A stretch of 64,000 nucleotides of DNA from Harriotta raleighana. Taxonomy: Eukaryota. Positions 48,815 to 63,019 of the stretch are shown here, piece after piece. Numbering within the stretch: position 1 is the stretch's first letter; every line of letters starts with the position of its first letter. Location: positions 11,007,761-11,071,760 of the forward strand of contig JBNZDD010013725.1 of NCBI GenBank assembly GCA_050575255.1, in the 5' to 3' direction. The position numbers were made by a program, and so were the translations under genes. The notes under the pieces were generated by a model. That model had not been told where the DNA came from and ran no database searches. It saw nothing but the letters and a program-made list of their open reading frames with translations.

Positions 48815-50633
48815 TAGTTTGAAGTCTTAAAAATGCCTCTGCATTCAAGAAGAAAGAAAATCAAAGTAAAGTTCCAGTTTTATCATTCTACCCATCACTC
48901 CAAATGTTTGGCGGTATACTGTTCAAATACATCTCATATAGGCAGACAATAGTTAATGTTTTACTTTTGCTGTTGCTCTGCTCATCAAGAACAGTGCCAT
49001 TGAAGAGTTAATATTCTCACATGCTCAATCATCCAGCTTTATCTGTGACATGTAATTTAATGACGTCCTCTGTGTTCAGTTTTTCTATGTGAATAGAGCA
49101 CTCTGATTCTGGTGAGTAATGTTTGTGAAAAGGCCTACATGATTCCTCAATTAACCACATCCTGTTTCTTCATCTCTGTTCCTGTGATATTAGAAAACAC
49201 ATTATTGTTTGTGTATGTGACATGCTGATATGATTTAGTTCAGGGATGGGCTACTTCCAAACAAAGGTTTGTTCTAAAATCCTGGCCTCAGACACTGAAA
49301 TATCCTGTGGCAGGTACCAATCTAAGGATAAGCACATTTTATCACTGTTTCATTCCAGATCTCTGTTTTTATGCCTGGGTTTTAATTCAGATACTTCATA
49401 ACATTATGTATCAGTCCAGGAAATCTATACAAAATACCAGCAAAAATGTTCCTCCCACCTCTTCTGCCTTGGCATTCTCTCCAGTTGTCTATTTTATCCT
49501 TTATAAGTTTGGACACAGAGTTACTTTGTAAGACAGAGTGCTAATAATGATTGGAACTATGTTACCGGAAAGGGTACTTGAGGATAAGGTTGATGCTCTA
49601 TTAATTTGAGGAACAGGAGGATGTGGGCCAGATAGCCTCCAAACTGGACTGAATAAAATTATTGCTTAATCGGATTAGTATTCCAATGGGTTGAGGGCCT
49701 TCTTCATGTGAATGTCTCTTGTGATCTGCTGAACACTTAGTGAACTAACTCCATGGAGGAAGCTATCAGCTCTGGGAAACTTGTATTTTACCCACTGGTA
49801 ATCAGTACATTTTCTCCATTTCCATCTGAGCTCCCAGCACCTGCCAGAATCAACTTGAAACAAATTTTGAATGGACCGGGGGGGAAAAAGNACTTGTATT
49901 TTACCCACTGGTAATCAGTACATTTTCTCCATTTCCATCTGTGCTCCCAGCACCTGCCAGAATCAACTTGAAACAAATTTTGAATGGACCGGGGGGGGGG
50001 AAAAAAATGACTGAAATAAGGTGGGAGCCACTATTAAAATAAATAATATAAATAATCCTTGCATTTGATACAGGATTTTTCCTGTGAACAGTAATGCGTG
50101 AGTGCAACAGTCAATTTGTGCACAGCAGTTTCTTACAAAATGCAATGAAGTGAGTATCAAATACTTTATTTGGGGGATTGTTGGAAGGGACATCAAGCCC
50201 TTTTTTTTAACCTTGGTTTAATGTCTCATTTGAAAGACAGCACCTCCAACAATACAATGCACCTCCAGTGTCACGTCAGACTGTGCGTTCACTGTTAGTT
50301 GGTAACTAGATCGACGAATAAATTTACATAACCCTAACAGGGAAGAGTGTTTTTTTGGAGGGTGAAGCAACGATGGGTGACAAGAACAGTTAGGACTTGT
50401 GTAAAGAAAAAGCCTTGTAAGGGTGAGGGAAAGGTGAGCCAAACTGAATACCAAGGTGAATTATGGAATAACAACAACTTGCATTGATACAGTGACACTC
50501 TATGTACTGTAAAATCCCAGAGCACTGTCAGCATGACAGCAGCAAAAGAAAATAATGGGGGAAAGACTGAATACTACAAAAATTGTGTCATGGCAAATAA
50601 AACTTTTTTATGAGTACATCAAGAAAAAGATTG

Positions 50634-50912
50634 TAATAATAATAATCTATGCACTTGATTTAGCGCTTTTCACATCTTCTAGATATCTCAAAGCTGTTCA
50701 CGGTATATACTGTAAAGTAAATTGACTATATTTGTGGGCTAAATGAGGCAACCAATTGCGCACATCAGGGTCCCACGAACAGTCGTGGATTGAAATTACC
50801 AATTTATTATTGTTTTTTTTGACGTATGGAGTAAGGAAATGTTGCCAAGGTTTCCCCCTGCCTGGTCTCTCGCTTGTAAGACAAGTGCTCTAACCACTGA
50901 GCTACAGGACTA
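50634..50912 (-). mobile_element. tRNA/Deu SINE, short form
   Basis: Tail, core and head GGTCTCTCGCTTGTAAG..GTGCTCTAACCACTGAGCTACAGGACT. Confidence 0.85.
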
Positions 50913-51129
50913 CACTGCTAATAAAGCAGGTATGACAGATAAAAAGTGAACTAGACCTGATTATTGCACACAAAGGTTTTTACAGTGCTGTAGAGAAAAT
51001 TCAAATTTAGTGAAGAGGAAAAAGGGATTTGTATAAGCAAAATCTTGAAATGAAGGTCATGGAATTTTTCCAATTCATCTTTCCCAAACCCTTTGACTGC
51101 ATAAATACAATACAAAATACAATAGCAAA

Positions 51130-51535
51130 TTACATTACATATGTCTATTACATTGGGATGAAGTCCTAAAGCGCCCAACGGACAGGGTCATTAGGATCCG
51201 AGCAGGAGGTAACTGGTGGGTTGGGATCAGGGAGAGTAGACAGAAGAGAGGGTAAGAGGGTAGCCAAAAGCACGATTGAAGAAGAGGGTCTTGATTTGGG
51301 CTTTGAAGGAGGCAAGGGAGGGAACGAGTTGAAGGGACCATGGGATGGAGGGCAGAGAGGCTAAAGGCCTGATGATTGGAATAGTTGACCCTAGATGTAA
51401 TGAAGGCATGTGTGAGGGTTTCAGTGGCCTGAGAGGTAAGATAGTAGCAGAGCTAGGCAATATTACGGCGTGGAAGGCAGAGTGGGTCATGGCACAAATG
51501 TGGGGGAGAAAGAAAAATTGAGGGTTGAACAAAAT
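51130..51535 (-). mobile_element. L2 LINE 3' fragment
   Basis: The antisense translation contains SLASFKAQIKTLFFNRAF, and there is an L2 tail at about 51130-51185. Confidence 0.7.
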
Positions 51536-52799
51536 GCTTTACTTTCTGCCTGGCTCAGTGAGGTGGAGTGTGTATCCATGGAGTGTGCAGCCTGGGGTGC
51601 TGACGTTCAACTGTAGAAAATAGTCTGAAAATACACAGTCACTACACTTGAGTGTAATTCATGTGAAATGCTTTGAGACATCCCCCTGGTGTGAAAAGCG
51701 CTGAATAAAATGCAAGTGTTATTTCAAGATTATTAGTTTTTAAAAGGCACTGAACAAACGCAAGTTATTGTGGAAAGAAAGAAACAAACGCTAGTTCTAG
51801 AAAGAAAAAAAGAAGGAATCTAAAGAAACAATTACATTTTTTTCCTATAATTCGTTTCCTCACTCCAGCTCCAGACATTTCTATGCAGTAGCCATTATCA
51901 ACATGAAAAGGACAGACTGTGATTTATTCTGTAACTGATTTTATCTGTCATGGCTGAGAAATAATGCAATCTCATTCGATGACTCCACTTAGAGGAACTG
52001 CTTGAGAATGGAGGAACAGTCGTTTTTTAAGACAGAAGGGCTGACTTGTATCCAGCAATTACTCACTGGAGCTTTTCTCAACAAGTATCTAAGAACAGCC
52101 AATTGAACCTTTTCTAAAAAAACAAGTGTTTTGTTACGGGTTTCAATGTATGTTTCCAGCAAACTAAGCCAGATGTCCCGAGAAAGGACCAGTGATAACA
52201 TTTACAGGAGTCAAGGAGTCGATGGAATATGGGAACAAAGCATTCATAACATTGCAAATGTTCTAAATATACTGTATGTGGATAAATGTCCGGATACTAT
52301 TCTAAGCGTAAACCAAAAAATTACATGCGTTTAATCAAGGTTTTACAGGAAATTCAGCGCATCTGTTGACAAGCTCCTTTGTATAAAGCTAACAGTCATA
52401 AGCTGGAAAACCATCCAGTTCAGTAGTTACTGTAAAGCAGGATATTTTCACATTTTCTAAATATTTCTCACCAGAAACAAGCTGCAGTAAAGTCTATGTT
52501 CTATGAGAATATCCTGTCTTACGAGGCATTTGCACGTGAACAAAAATAGAGCTTCTCCGGGCATCACAAAGCCTTCAAGGAGAAAATGGAAGTTATGGAT
52601 GTACTTGGCTACATTTTTGATAGAAATGCAGGAATTCTGTTTGCAAATGATGTGATGTTGGTGCAATCTCTTCCACAGCCTTCAACACTAGGCCTCTCAA
52701 TGTGTCAGACACATGGCTGATCAAAAACAAAAGCTTCTTAAAGGGATGGAATGGTGGATTTCCCCCGAGTATGGTATTATAGCTCTTTATTATAGCTTG

Positions 52800-52993
52800 A
52801 TAATAATACCTTTTTAAAAAATTGGTTATTTTAATCCACAATTGTTTGTGGAACACTGTTGTGTGCAAATGGCTGCTGTGTTTCGTCCACAAATATACAG
52901 TCAATTTACTTTACAGTATATTCTGTGAAGCGCTTTGAGATATTTAGAAGATGTGAAAAGCGCCATATCAAATGCAAGGATTATTATTATTAT
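52800..52993 (+). mobile_element. SINE 3' half
   Basis: Core plus GTGAAAAGCGCCATATCAAATGCAAGGATTATTATTATT. Confidence 0.85.
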
Positions 52994-53377
52994 GAGAGAA
53001 TCGTGAACCTATTGATTGGAAATTACAAGAAGCATCTTTGCCAATTACCCTTGATAATAAGGGTATTTGTCACAACGATTTGGTCACCCGCTATAATGAA
53101 TAATGGAAGTGAGCTTCCTCAGTAAGTAATTTAATCATTTATTTTAGCTGTCGTTTTTCCCCATTGAAGGAGCTTCAGACTTTAGAAATTATTTCTCTAC
53201 CCTACTTCAGTCTTGAATTCCACAACACATTCCCTTGCTGATTCATAATATTTGCCATAAAGTGAGTTGCATGTCAGCCCTGCTTTGAATTCTCTGTCCC
53301 TCCCTGCAGAGAGCTGTGAAGCCTGGACTTGATTCCCTTAATCATATGGCTCAATCTAAACTACTGCCACTTTCTAT

Positions 53378-53818
53378 TAGCCTGGCTCAGTTGGTAGCGC
53401 TGTCACCTCTGAGGCAGCAAATTGTGGGTTCCAGCCCCAAGACTTTGAATTCAAATAGTTTAGGCTGATACAGTGCCTGGAGCATGCTGCAGTATTATGG
53501 GGTGCCCTTCTTTAGATGAGATGGTTGAACTGACACCCCGTTTGCCTGTTCAGACAGATGTTGAAAGAACATCATGGCATTATTCGAAAAGCGAAGGGAA
53601 TTTATTCCGGTGTCTTGACCAACAATCCCCTCAATAAAAATTAGTTTTATCTCTTTATGGCTGTTTGTAGGACATTGCCGTGCACAGATTGGCTGCAACA
53701 TTCACCTGCAAGTACAGTTATTAGTTTTCAGAAGGTTGAGTGAAACTCTTTGAGACATCCTCCTGATGTGAAAAGCACTACTGTATATCAAAACCAGAAG
53801 TTGTTTATTATTATTATT
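53378..53818 (+). mobile_element. older SacSINE1-like DeuSINE, near full length
   Basis: AGCCTGGCTCAGTTGGTAGCGCTGTCACCTCTGAGGCAG..GATGAGATG..CCTGTTCAG..CATGGCATTATTCG, then core and tail. Confidence 0.78.
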
Positions 53819-54924
53819 TTACATGAAGAAAGACAAATCCACCGTAAATACCTCAGACTCTTTGAACACTTGGTGGTAGTTCTGATATTTTTCTTTTGGA
53901 ATTTCATAGTTCGAAGGAAAAATCACGGTGGATATGATTCTCTGATCATTCTCCAACCACCAACCAATTCGTCAGCTTCATATTGAAATCTGCTTCTAAG
54001 CAGAGATTTAAATTGAACAATTTCCTGCTGGCCTGAATAGACGATCAGGTTTTATTTGGTGATAGAACCAGTCAAATCATTTAGCTCCGTGACAGAGAAC
54101 TACTGCTATAGCTGGTAAATGCTCTTTTAGAGTTAATTCAACATTTCATTCCAAAAGGCAGACAAGTAACTGCTGGTATGGAAATAAAAGCTAGCATTTA
54201 CATCAAGCAAATCGCAATGGAAGCTTTGTAAACATACTGCTTTCCATACTGGCAGTCACTGTCTCCAGCACTTGAGCGTAAAAGGATTTTTTCTACGGAC
54301 CATTAACAGTTCAGACGTTTTAAACTTGACTTCTGGTTCAAGAATCTTCAGTGTCAACCAAAGGCTTCCATGGAGAAGTGAAATTCAGTCTCAAATGACT
54401 ATGGAAAGTGCAGTATTAAGACACAGTTATTACTAAAGAAAATAGCGATTTCTGGTGTTTCACTTCCAGGGCTTGGATTTAATTCTGTCTAGATATAAAT
54501 GTTCTTTGTTAAATGTGTTCAAAGTAATTTCAACACAGGTAATTCCTAGATGACATGGGCCATGATATAAACCCTCACTTATGCGGTAGGGAGCCTAATA
54601 TGAGCATTAACTGTGAATAGCCACATTATCAGGTTCTGGGTGTCATTGTGTATTTTTGCCTCTCTTTGTGTGTTTCTCTTTCCAATCTAATCTGGATCGG
54701 ATCTCTCCACCTTGCATTTTTGTTGTTGTTGTTGTTGTTCAAAGTAGGGGGGAAAAATCAATTGCCTAGTAATCTCAACTAATTGTGCACACCTTAGATT
54801 TTTTTTCTCAACATCATAGCCTGACCTCACTTCCACTTATGACCTCCAAAACAGATAAGTGAACAACAACAACAACAGTAGATTACATTTTTAGAGCGCC
54901 TTTCACATCAGGAGTGAACATGTA

Positions 54925-55280
54925 GATACCCAAGCACAAGGACTTGGGTTTGATTCCAGAGCAGGGCAAAATCTTGGGCAAGTTTCTAACTCTACACGTT
55001 TCTGTTTACCTAGCATTAAATACGAAACCACTTGTAGTCAATTGGCAGATTGCTTTCTGGGATAATAATTCCTTAATAAAATAATAATAATAATTTGGTA
55101 ACTCAATCCATGACTGTTTGTGAGACACTGCTGTGCACAATTAGCTGCCGCATTTCACCCACAAAATCTGCAGTCAATTGATTTCATAGTATATTCTGTG
55201 AAGGGCTTTGAGATGTCTCAACAAAGTGATGAAGAGGCTACGCAAATGCAAGGAATATTATTATAATTATAATTATTATT
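54925..55280 (+). mobile_element. tRNA/Deu SINE, long form
   Basis: B box GGTTTGATTCC, TCTGTTTACCTAGCA insert, core and tail. Confidence 0.8.
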
Positions 55281-55479
55281 GGAAAACTCTCTCAGAGGGA
55301 CCAGGCACATTTAAAGTAACCTTCACTCTATACTTAATCGCATTGCATCCAGCACACCTGGTGCTAGAAATGCTAAATACATTCCCTATTCTAGTTTCAA
55401 CACCCTCCCTCTCTGCAGTGAGAAAATCATTTACCGCCCCAAATTATAAAAGGATAAAAATAAATCTCCTGAATAAAAT

Positions 55480-55740
55480 ACTAACTGGTCTCCCCAGCTC
55501 CACCATTCACAAAGTCCAACTGATTCAGAACTCGGCCGCCCCCAACCTTACCCATACCAAATTTACCCGTACCACCACTTCAGTCCTTGCCATGCTCCAA
55601 TGGCTTTCTGTCATAGAAAGAATCGATTTCAAGATCCTCACTATTACCACAATGCCCTGGCACCTCCCTAACCCTCCACCTGCTAACATCTCATTCCTCT
55701 CTATCCCCATTCACTTAACCAGCCTGGGGCTTCTGCACTT
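55480..55740 (+). mobile_element. L2 ORF2 C-terminal fragment
   Basis: LTGLPSSTIHKVQLIQNSAAPNLTHTKFTRTTTSVLAMLQWLSVIERIDFKILT. Confidence 0.82.
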
Positions 55741-56924
55741 CCCTCAACCCTCAGCTACATAACCTCATACCAAATATTTGTGTACCAAGTTCTGATAGTG
55801 GCAAAAATTATTAGTTGCGTGCAATTTCTGGGAATACAATTTCCCATTCTTGCTCTGGTACCTCACTATCTCTCTGATCTTCTCCAGTCTGATTCTCCTG
55901 CCCCTTCAGGTCAAGCTTTAAGCCACTCTTTCGCATCTTTATAGTCATTTCTCTCCTTCCTCCCTGAACTATCCCATCTTCCTCCCTCTCCGCAACCCCC
56001 CCCCTACCGATGTGCGGCAACCATCTCTGTGATGTGCTTTGAAATGTGAACCAACATTTAAAACACTGTATAAATACAAGTAGTCTTTGCAGAGTTAAAC
56101 ACGGTAATGGGGAAAGAGAGTTCAAGAGTCAGAGAGAAAAAAAGATAGGAATAGAAAGGCACAAAAGAAACTCACAAGGGAAAATCAAAGGGAGACTGAG
56201 AGAAAAATGGAGAGAATGAGAGAGAAAGGGGCTCGCACACTGTTTAGTACTAGAGTCACAGAATAATTTGATGGAATGTGTTTCGTTGAAGCTGAAACCA
56301 ATTTTTATTGTGTGACATGACCCATTATCTGCACTGTTTCTGTGACCACAATGGTGGCAATCCCAATTAGTATAGATGACAAGCTCTCAACTGTAATGCA
56401 TTAATAAATGATTTCCACTGTGTCATTAACTCAGCTCCAAGAGAATCTCAGTTTTATACCTAAATGTCAGCATAGCAGGCTTGAATTTCTAGGGTTTTAT
56501 CAATGGGTCTGCATAATAGGGACTCTGAGTCACCACAAGTTGTTGTCTGGCAACAAGAAATACAATCAGATGATATCCTGGAAGCATGAGAATAAATTGT
56601 CAAGGGATCTTTTTATCCCAAACTCTCTTGTGATTTCCAGATTACTGTCACCCTTGGCAAGTCAGTGCAAACTCCCAGTGTTTGTGCCAGTGAAAAGGTG
56701 AGGCCTGTTTCCTGAACTATAAACGTAATGTAACAACACAGTCAACTACAGTAGTCTCCCAGTGTTGCAAGTGTTTACAGTACTTGAAATACTGAGGAAA
56801 TCTTATTTTGTAATCAAACTAATCTGAATTTCCAATACAACTTGAATTTGCATAAATGCTTATCCCTCTTAGCATGCTGAATATACCTTCAGATTTCAGA
56901 GAGGCAAGTCTTATTAATCTTATT

Positions 56925-57124
56925 TTGCACTGTTACATTGCATTGGGTTACATATACTGAAGCATAACCCGTAATCTGTAGCATGTTATACATAGGTTAA
57001 TGCACAGACCTCAATGTTTTACATTAGAACACTGCATATATTGCTGTATCTTAGATGCAGAATATCCCCACAGCCTATGGGGTATTCTACATAAAGCTGT
57101 TACATACAGAATGTAACAGTCAAA
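56925..57124. repeat. multi-hairpin element with inverted ends
   Basis: ACTGTTACATT (56929) and AATGTAACAGT (57110-57120), plus three internal hairpins. Confidence 0.45.
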
Positions 57125-57728
57125 CTGAAGAGGGAGGTGCCAAGAGGAAGTGAGGCAGATTGAGTTAGCACATTCAAAGGGGAATTATACAACTATTTGG
57201 AGAAGAATTGTAATAAGAGCTTTGGGGCATCATTCCGCTCCTCAGCAACCTCAGCTCCCACACTCAGCTAGGGTACCAAACCAGATTGTTAAGCGCCTTA
57301 GGATATCCACACAACATGAATGGCGCTGTATGCATATAAATTTGTATTGAATTGTATGAGGGGAGATTTTTATTTTAAGAAAACTTAAGACCAAATGGAC
57401 ACACTTTTTCAATGTTTGTTTCTGATTCTCCACATTTCCAAGTATTCAATCAAATAGGACCTCCATCTCTCCACACTCATCTCTACAATCGGCTGCTCCT
57501 CAATCAGATGAAACAAAACTTTGTACCCTGATGTTTAGCCTTTGACTATAAATTACCCAATCATAAACTTTTATATTTACAATATAATAAACCAAATTTT
57601 ATTTGGCGGATTGTTAACCTGGACGCCGGGAGAAATTCTCTTCTCTTTTCAAATAGTGCGATGGGATGTTTAACATCCACCTGAACAGATGGATCCTTGG
57701 TTAAATTTCTCATCTGAAGGATGGATTG

Positions 57729-57907
57729 ATGTGTTTGTATTGTGAGTCCCTATTCTGTTTGAATTTATCATAACCAGCTGTGAATATAGGCAATCACTCC
57801 ACTGGCCATTCTGTCGGCATGTGTTTGTATTGTGAGTCCCTATTCTGTTTGAATTTATCATAACCAGCTGTGAATATAGGCAATCACTCCACTGGCCATT
57901 CTGTCGG
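57729..57907. repeat. perfect 2 x 90-bp tandem duplication
   Basis: ATGTGTTTGTATTGTGAGTCCC...GGCCATTCTGTCGG is repeated with period 90 and no N at the junction. Confidence 0.9.
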
Positions 57908-58004
57908 GGGACATCTTTCCGCACGTTCAACCATATTGCTTCAGTGGGACATCCTCCTGATGTGAAAGGCGTTCTATAAATGCAATTTTGTTGTTGTTGT
58001 TGTA

Positions 58005-58262
58005 AATAGGAACCCAATTGTTAGACGATTGGTGGATCACTTTTTCAGGGATAATAATTACTTTTTTAAAAAGTTTTTTAAAAAAATAATAATTTGGTCA
58101 ATGAATCCATGACTGTTTGTGGGTTACTGCTGTACTCAATACAGCTGCTGTGATTCACCCACAAATACAGGGTCGGTTCACTATACAGGATTTTCTGTGA
58201 AGCGCTTTGAGGCATCTTGAAGATGTGATAATGAGCTATAGCAAAGCAAGGATTATTATTAT
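58005..58262 (+). mobile_element. SINE, long form, 5'-truncated
   Basis: AAATAGGAACCCAATTGTTAG, then core and GCAAGGATTATTATT. Confidence 0.78.
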
Positions 58263-61200
58263 GTCAGGAGGTACTTCACAAGATATGCAGTAGTGGAGCG
58301 ATTGCATATCTTGCAGGATAACATCCAATCTTCAGCAGATCTCTGTAAGGATAGCACAGAGTAGTCTGCAATGTCAAAAAGCAATGTGAGATGGCATCAC
58401 AAGCCACAAAATCAAACCTCAAGCAGTGGCTCCATGACCTCTCAATTTGAGACATGTTGCATCCTTGAAAAACATTCCAGCTTCTGTTATAAATACTCAC
58501 AGCTGGAGCCGGTGGGAAGCAGTTTTATTCTATTTTTTACTATGATGTGTTTTGTTCGATGCCCATCATTGCAGAAGTGAAAGGAACTAAAGTGCTATTA
58601 AATCACAATTTTATTGATACCTGTATGTTTTTTCTGTAAATTACAACAGTAAACATACCCTTTGTTTATAATAATATATATAACAAGACATGGAACAAGG
58701 AAAGATTATTTGACCCATCCAGCTCGCAGGCACCTGCATTCACACAAAAACTTCATGTATATTATCCCATGGATTCCATCTCCAACGAGAAAGTTCTGAA
58801 TATAAACTTTTTTCTGTCTTCAAAAGTAACCAAGTAAAACTTTGCCATAACATTTCCTCTCCTCAAATCACTATTATCTAACCCTGCCCTCCATCCTTCC
58901 ACAAAAAAATCCACATTGCCCCCTCCCCAATCCCAACATAATACACACAAACTTTTGAGAACACATTCATCTCAATCAAGAACAGCAACTTGCATTTATA
59001 TAGCGCCCTTCAGCTGGGTAGTGCCTCGGAGCGCTGATCAATGGTATAGTTTTACATTGAGCTGGCAAGAAAAAGGAGGTGATCATTAGCTCAGATAAGA
59101 GGAAAATCATCAGATGTGATCTGGAGATTTAGGGCTCATTGGCTGAAAGCAGGGCCTGACATTGGGAGTGGGAAAATCAAGGGATATAGCGAAAACTACA
59201 GCCAGCTGAGCAACGGGGTGAGTAGAGGAGACAATCGGAGAGGAAGTTAGGTGCCAGGGCATGAAGAAATTTGCAGTTGAGGGTGAGGATCATGAAATCA
59301 AAGTTGAAGCCATGGCCTCTAATACTCCGTTAAATAAATACTTATCAGTACAAGAATGAGTTATTTTTGTTGAAGTGCCCATTCTATTATGTGTTGCCTC
59401 CATATTTCTAATTGCATAGATTCTATATACTCTATAAGAAATGAGACAAGTTTGCCCTCCATATTGACTTCCTAATTCAAACTGAACCCCCATCGTAACC
59501 TCCCCCTCACTCCTCACCCACCCTGTGCACAATGATTTAACGGAGAATGTTGAGTTCTGTATGACTGAATATTCTCACGACACTTGCTTTAACAGAGGTG
59601 AGTCAGACTATCAATGCTGTGGGGTTATCAGCAGTCAGAATATCAAGTAACCAATGTGCAACTTATCTTTTGACAACTCAGAAGTTTTGCAGAGAAATCA
59701 GTGGCTTGTACTGTAAATATCTAACTCCCTTTTTCACAGTTTCTTGTGCAATGGGAAAATATTTTGAATGTACAGATACTCCTTACTTTCAAACCTCCTA
59801 AAGTTACAAACTACTCAATACTTTCACTGAGGAGAATTTTTTTAATGCTTTTTTTATTGATACAGATTTCTACCATTATTTAGTACTGAATAATATCAAA
59901 TTGCTTAAAATTCAGGAGAGGAATGATGGAGTCTGTGTGACAGTCAGTGGACACTGTGCTCTTCAACTGAATTTAAATTCAGTCTGTATGAGACATTGCT
60001 ATTCACAAATTAGCTCCCACCTTAAACCACAAAATACATACTCACACTACAATGCTTTGATAAACCTCAAGGATGTAGAAAGCTACTGTATCAAAATGCA
60101 AGGATTTCTTCTAACAATAAAAGGCCCAATGTGACACATGTATGGGTTATTACTTTTCTCACATTGAATTATTTTGAAGGTGTCACTGAGTGTTTTTCCC
60201 AATCTGTGGAGCTTTGTGCCCATATTTATTCCAGAGGGAAAGGTAGAGCCCATGATCAGCATCTGTATGATCAGTGATGAGAGCAAGCTACCTTTTCTTC
60301 CATACATTCCCATTTCTTTCATTACTTAACAGAGATAAGAAACGTTTGTGCTTTCAGCCCAGGTTGGGTTCAAATCCCAATCAAATGATTGTGTATACAG
60401 TATGTCCAAAATGCTGCTTAGTCGACTATTTTACGGTCACGTGTAGTAATATTTTGTAGGCAAACACGGAAACAATTTGCATGTAGCAATAGCTCACAAT
60501 GAGCCATGAAGTGATTGACCAATTTTTAATTTGGAGGGTGATTGCTGGCCAGCATACCAGGAGAAACTCCAAGATGTTGATGTTGCAGAGTAAAACAAAT
60601 GTTTCTGGGACAAGTTTCAACTATAATTTCAGTCTTGCTTAAATAAGAGAAAGATGTGCTATTGTGCAATAGCTCCATCATCAACAGCCATTGCAACACT
60701 CTTGTGCATACTGGAACAAGACTGCAGCCCATCTATTACCACACTTCTGCAGGGAGACTCAGAGTTACTTTAATAAAAAGAGGTTTTGTACTGAGAACGT
60801 AAGAAGATTCCTTAATATTGTTGTGCCAGGCAGGGAGGCAGCGAAGGGAGTAGTGATAATATCCTTTGATGCCAAAGAAGCTTATGGTAGAGCAGACTTA
60901 TTTCATCAACAAAGTAATTAGGTTTTGGTGATAACTTTATAAAAAATAATAAGCACAGTCCAAAAGGCCCCTGACCTTCACAAAGAGAACAAAGCTCTGC
61001 TCTTCCCACCCTCTTATTGGTAATGGCCCTTGAGTTCATTCCCTCCCCATTCTGACGACTTGCATTGAGATCCATAGCAAAGACTTTGCTATGAGATCCG
61101 TAGCAAAGTCATATGTTGTTTCAAAGATCCATAAGGTTTCCCTCAGTGTAGGACTTACTACTCAAAGTATCTCCAGTTGCACTATTATATAACATTATGT

Positions 61201-62447
61201 TATATTATGTGTCACATCGTTTTCTAATTGATCGATATATCGGGTAAGCTCTCTGGTTACAAGCTCAACTAGGACTAAACAGAGATCTTTTTGCAGCCCT
61301 TTCCATTATTTTCTGTTTTAAGCGATCATCATCAGGCCTAACAGAAGTAAAAACCAAAGGTTAATGCTGGAAATCTGAAATAAAAGCAGGAAACATATAG
61401 CAAGTCTACCAGGATTTGGAACAAAAGAATTAATGCCTTGGATGTGGCACCTTTATAATGGCACTTACTATAGAGGCGTGAAACTCCATTAAATTTTAAC
61501 CTGTAAGATTATTTAGTGAGAATTTCCTGGGTTGAAATCTACTCTATTTATGTAACAATTTAGAGCAACCAGAATTTGATAAATTGACAATTTTGTCTTC
61601 ATCCTGAAGATTCTTTGGGGGATAATTCTTAAAAGGATTTTTTGCAAAACTGGCGTAAAAAATGTCAATGCATTAAAAAATGTGCCAAATTGTGGATGTT
61701 CCATAATGTTATATAAAATTGTAAGCGCAGGCTAAAGTGAAATGTCTTAAAGTTTCGAATTACACAAAATTGCATAAAAGGTCATGCTTAATCTGGGAGC
61801 CTGTTCATTTTATGACCATCTCCCAAAGCAATACTAAAATGTTAGGATTTTTCCACAATTTTGCAAATTTAAAGGCAAAAGTGTCTTATAGATTGGGACT
61901 AGGTGGAAATTCATACCACCAGGTCTTAAATGATCATAACTAATAATAATTATTATTATTATTAATCATGTTAGGATTGTGTTGACTGCTTTGTGAATCA
62001 ACAACTGTGGGACATAGGCTTAGGGATGTTACTGGAAGAGTTAAACTTTTTAACGCAGAGGTTTATTAGAATTTGGAATGCTACATCACAAGTCCCCATT
62101 CGTGTCCTGCCCAACAATTCCCCAAATAAAATTGATGATACGTTTCATGGCTGTTTATGGCACATGTCAGGAGGATATCTCAAAGTGTGTCGTCAAATAC
62201 ACTGTAAACTGTAATGACTGTATGGTTTGTAGGCAGGTGCAGCAGACAATTTTTCACAGCAACATCCAACAAAAACCCATGGCAGGAATGACCAATTTTA
62301 TCTGGAGGATTGTTAACCGAAACTCTGGGAGAAACTCCTTTCTCTTTTTATATAGTGCTGTGGCTGAAGAAACAGACAGGAACTTGGTTTTCACATCTCA
62401 TCTATGGGAGATTTCAGTACAGTACCTATGTTAGATATTTTTGCTTC

Positions 62448-62576
62448 TTAGATTTTCTGTCATGTGGATTCCTCCACTCCTGCCAGTGACAGGAATTAGA
62501 AACACCTGCTGAAGCCACTCATATGGTAAAGATGTGGGCAGTTTACAGGAAGAACCACACATCCCAGGAATCTAAC
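62448..62576. mobile_element. small decayed palindromic MITE
   Basis: TTAGATT/AATCTAA and TGTGGATTCCTCC/GGAAGAACCACA inverted pairs. Confidence 0.35.
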
Positions 62577-63019
62577 CACAGGAATGTTTGTTGGCTGTGG
62601 TTCCAGGCATAGTTTTATTAAGACTAATCGCTTTTAAGTATCAGGTATGCCAGAAGAAAAAAGAAGAAGGAATTCTCTGAACTTTCTGACCAGTTAAATA
62701 AATGTTTGAGCTTTTGTGTTTTAATAAAACAAACCACATTGAATATAATGAAGATTATATTAATATATTACATATTATATGAAAAATACAGTCACTACAC
62801 CTTACAGTGAATCCTGCAAAGTGCTCAAGACATTTCGACAATGACTCTATGTCAAATGCAAGGATTTTTTTTATTATCTCCCTTTTGTTGTGTTTAGTAT
62901 ATAAATTGATGTAAACTGATTTTTAAAAATGGGATGAACCTTTGGCCTGTTACCTGCATAAAATGTCATCAGGCAGCTTATTAAAATGAATCATTCCCTA
63001 AAAAGAAAATATCTAATAC

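Noticed and set aside
49779-50007. Tandem duplication of about 112 bp giving repeated ORFs
   Set aside because: N at 49891, and the differences are one substitution and homopolymer lengths, so this is an assembly artefact.
58279-58313. 11-13-bp hairpin CAAGATATGCA/TGCATATCTTG
   Set aside because: It is too short for a pre-miRNA and has no supporting context.
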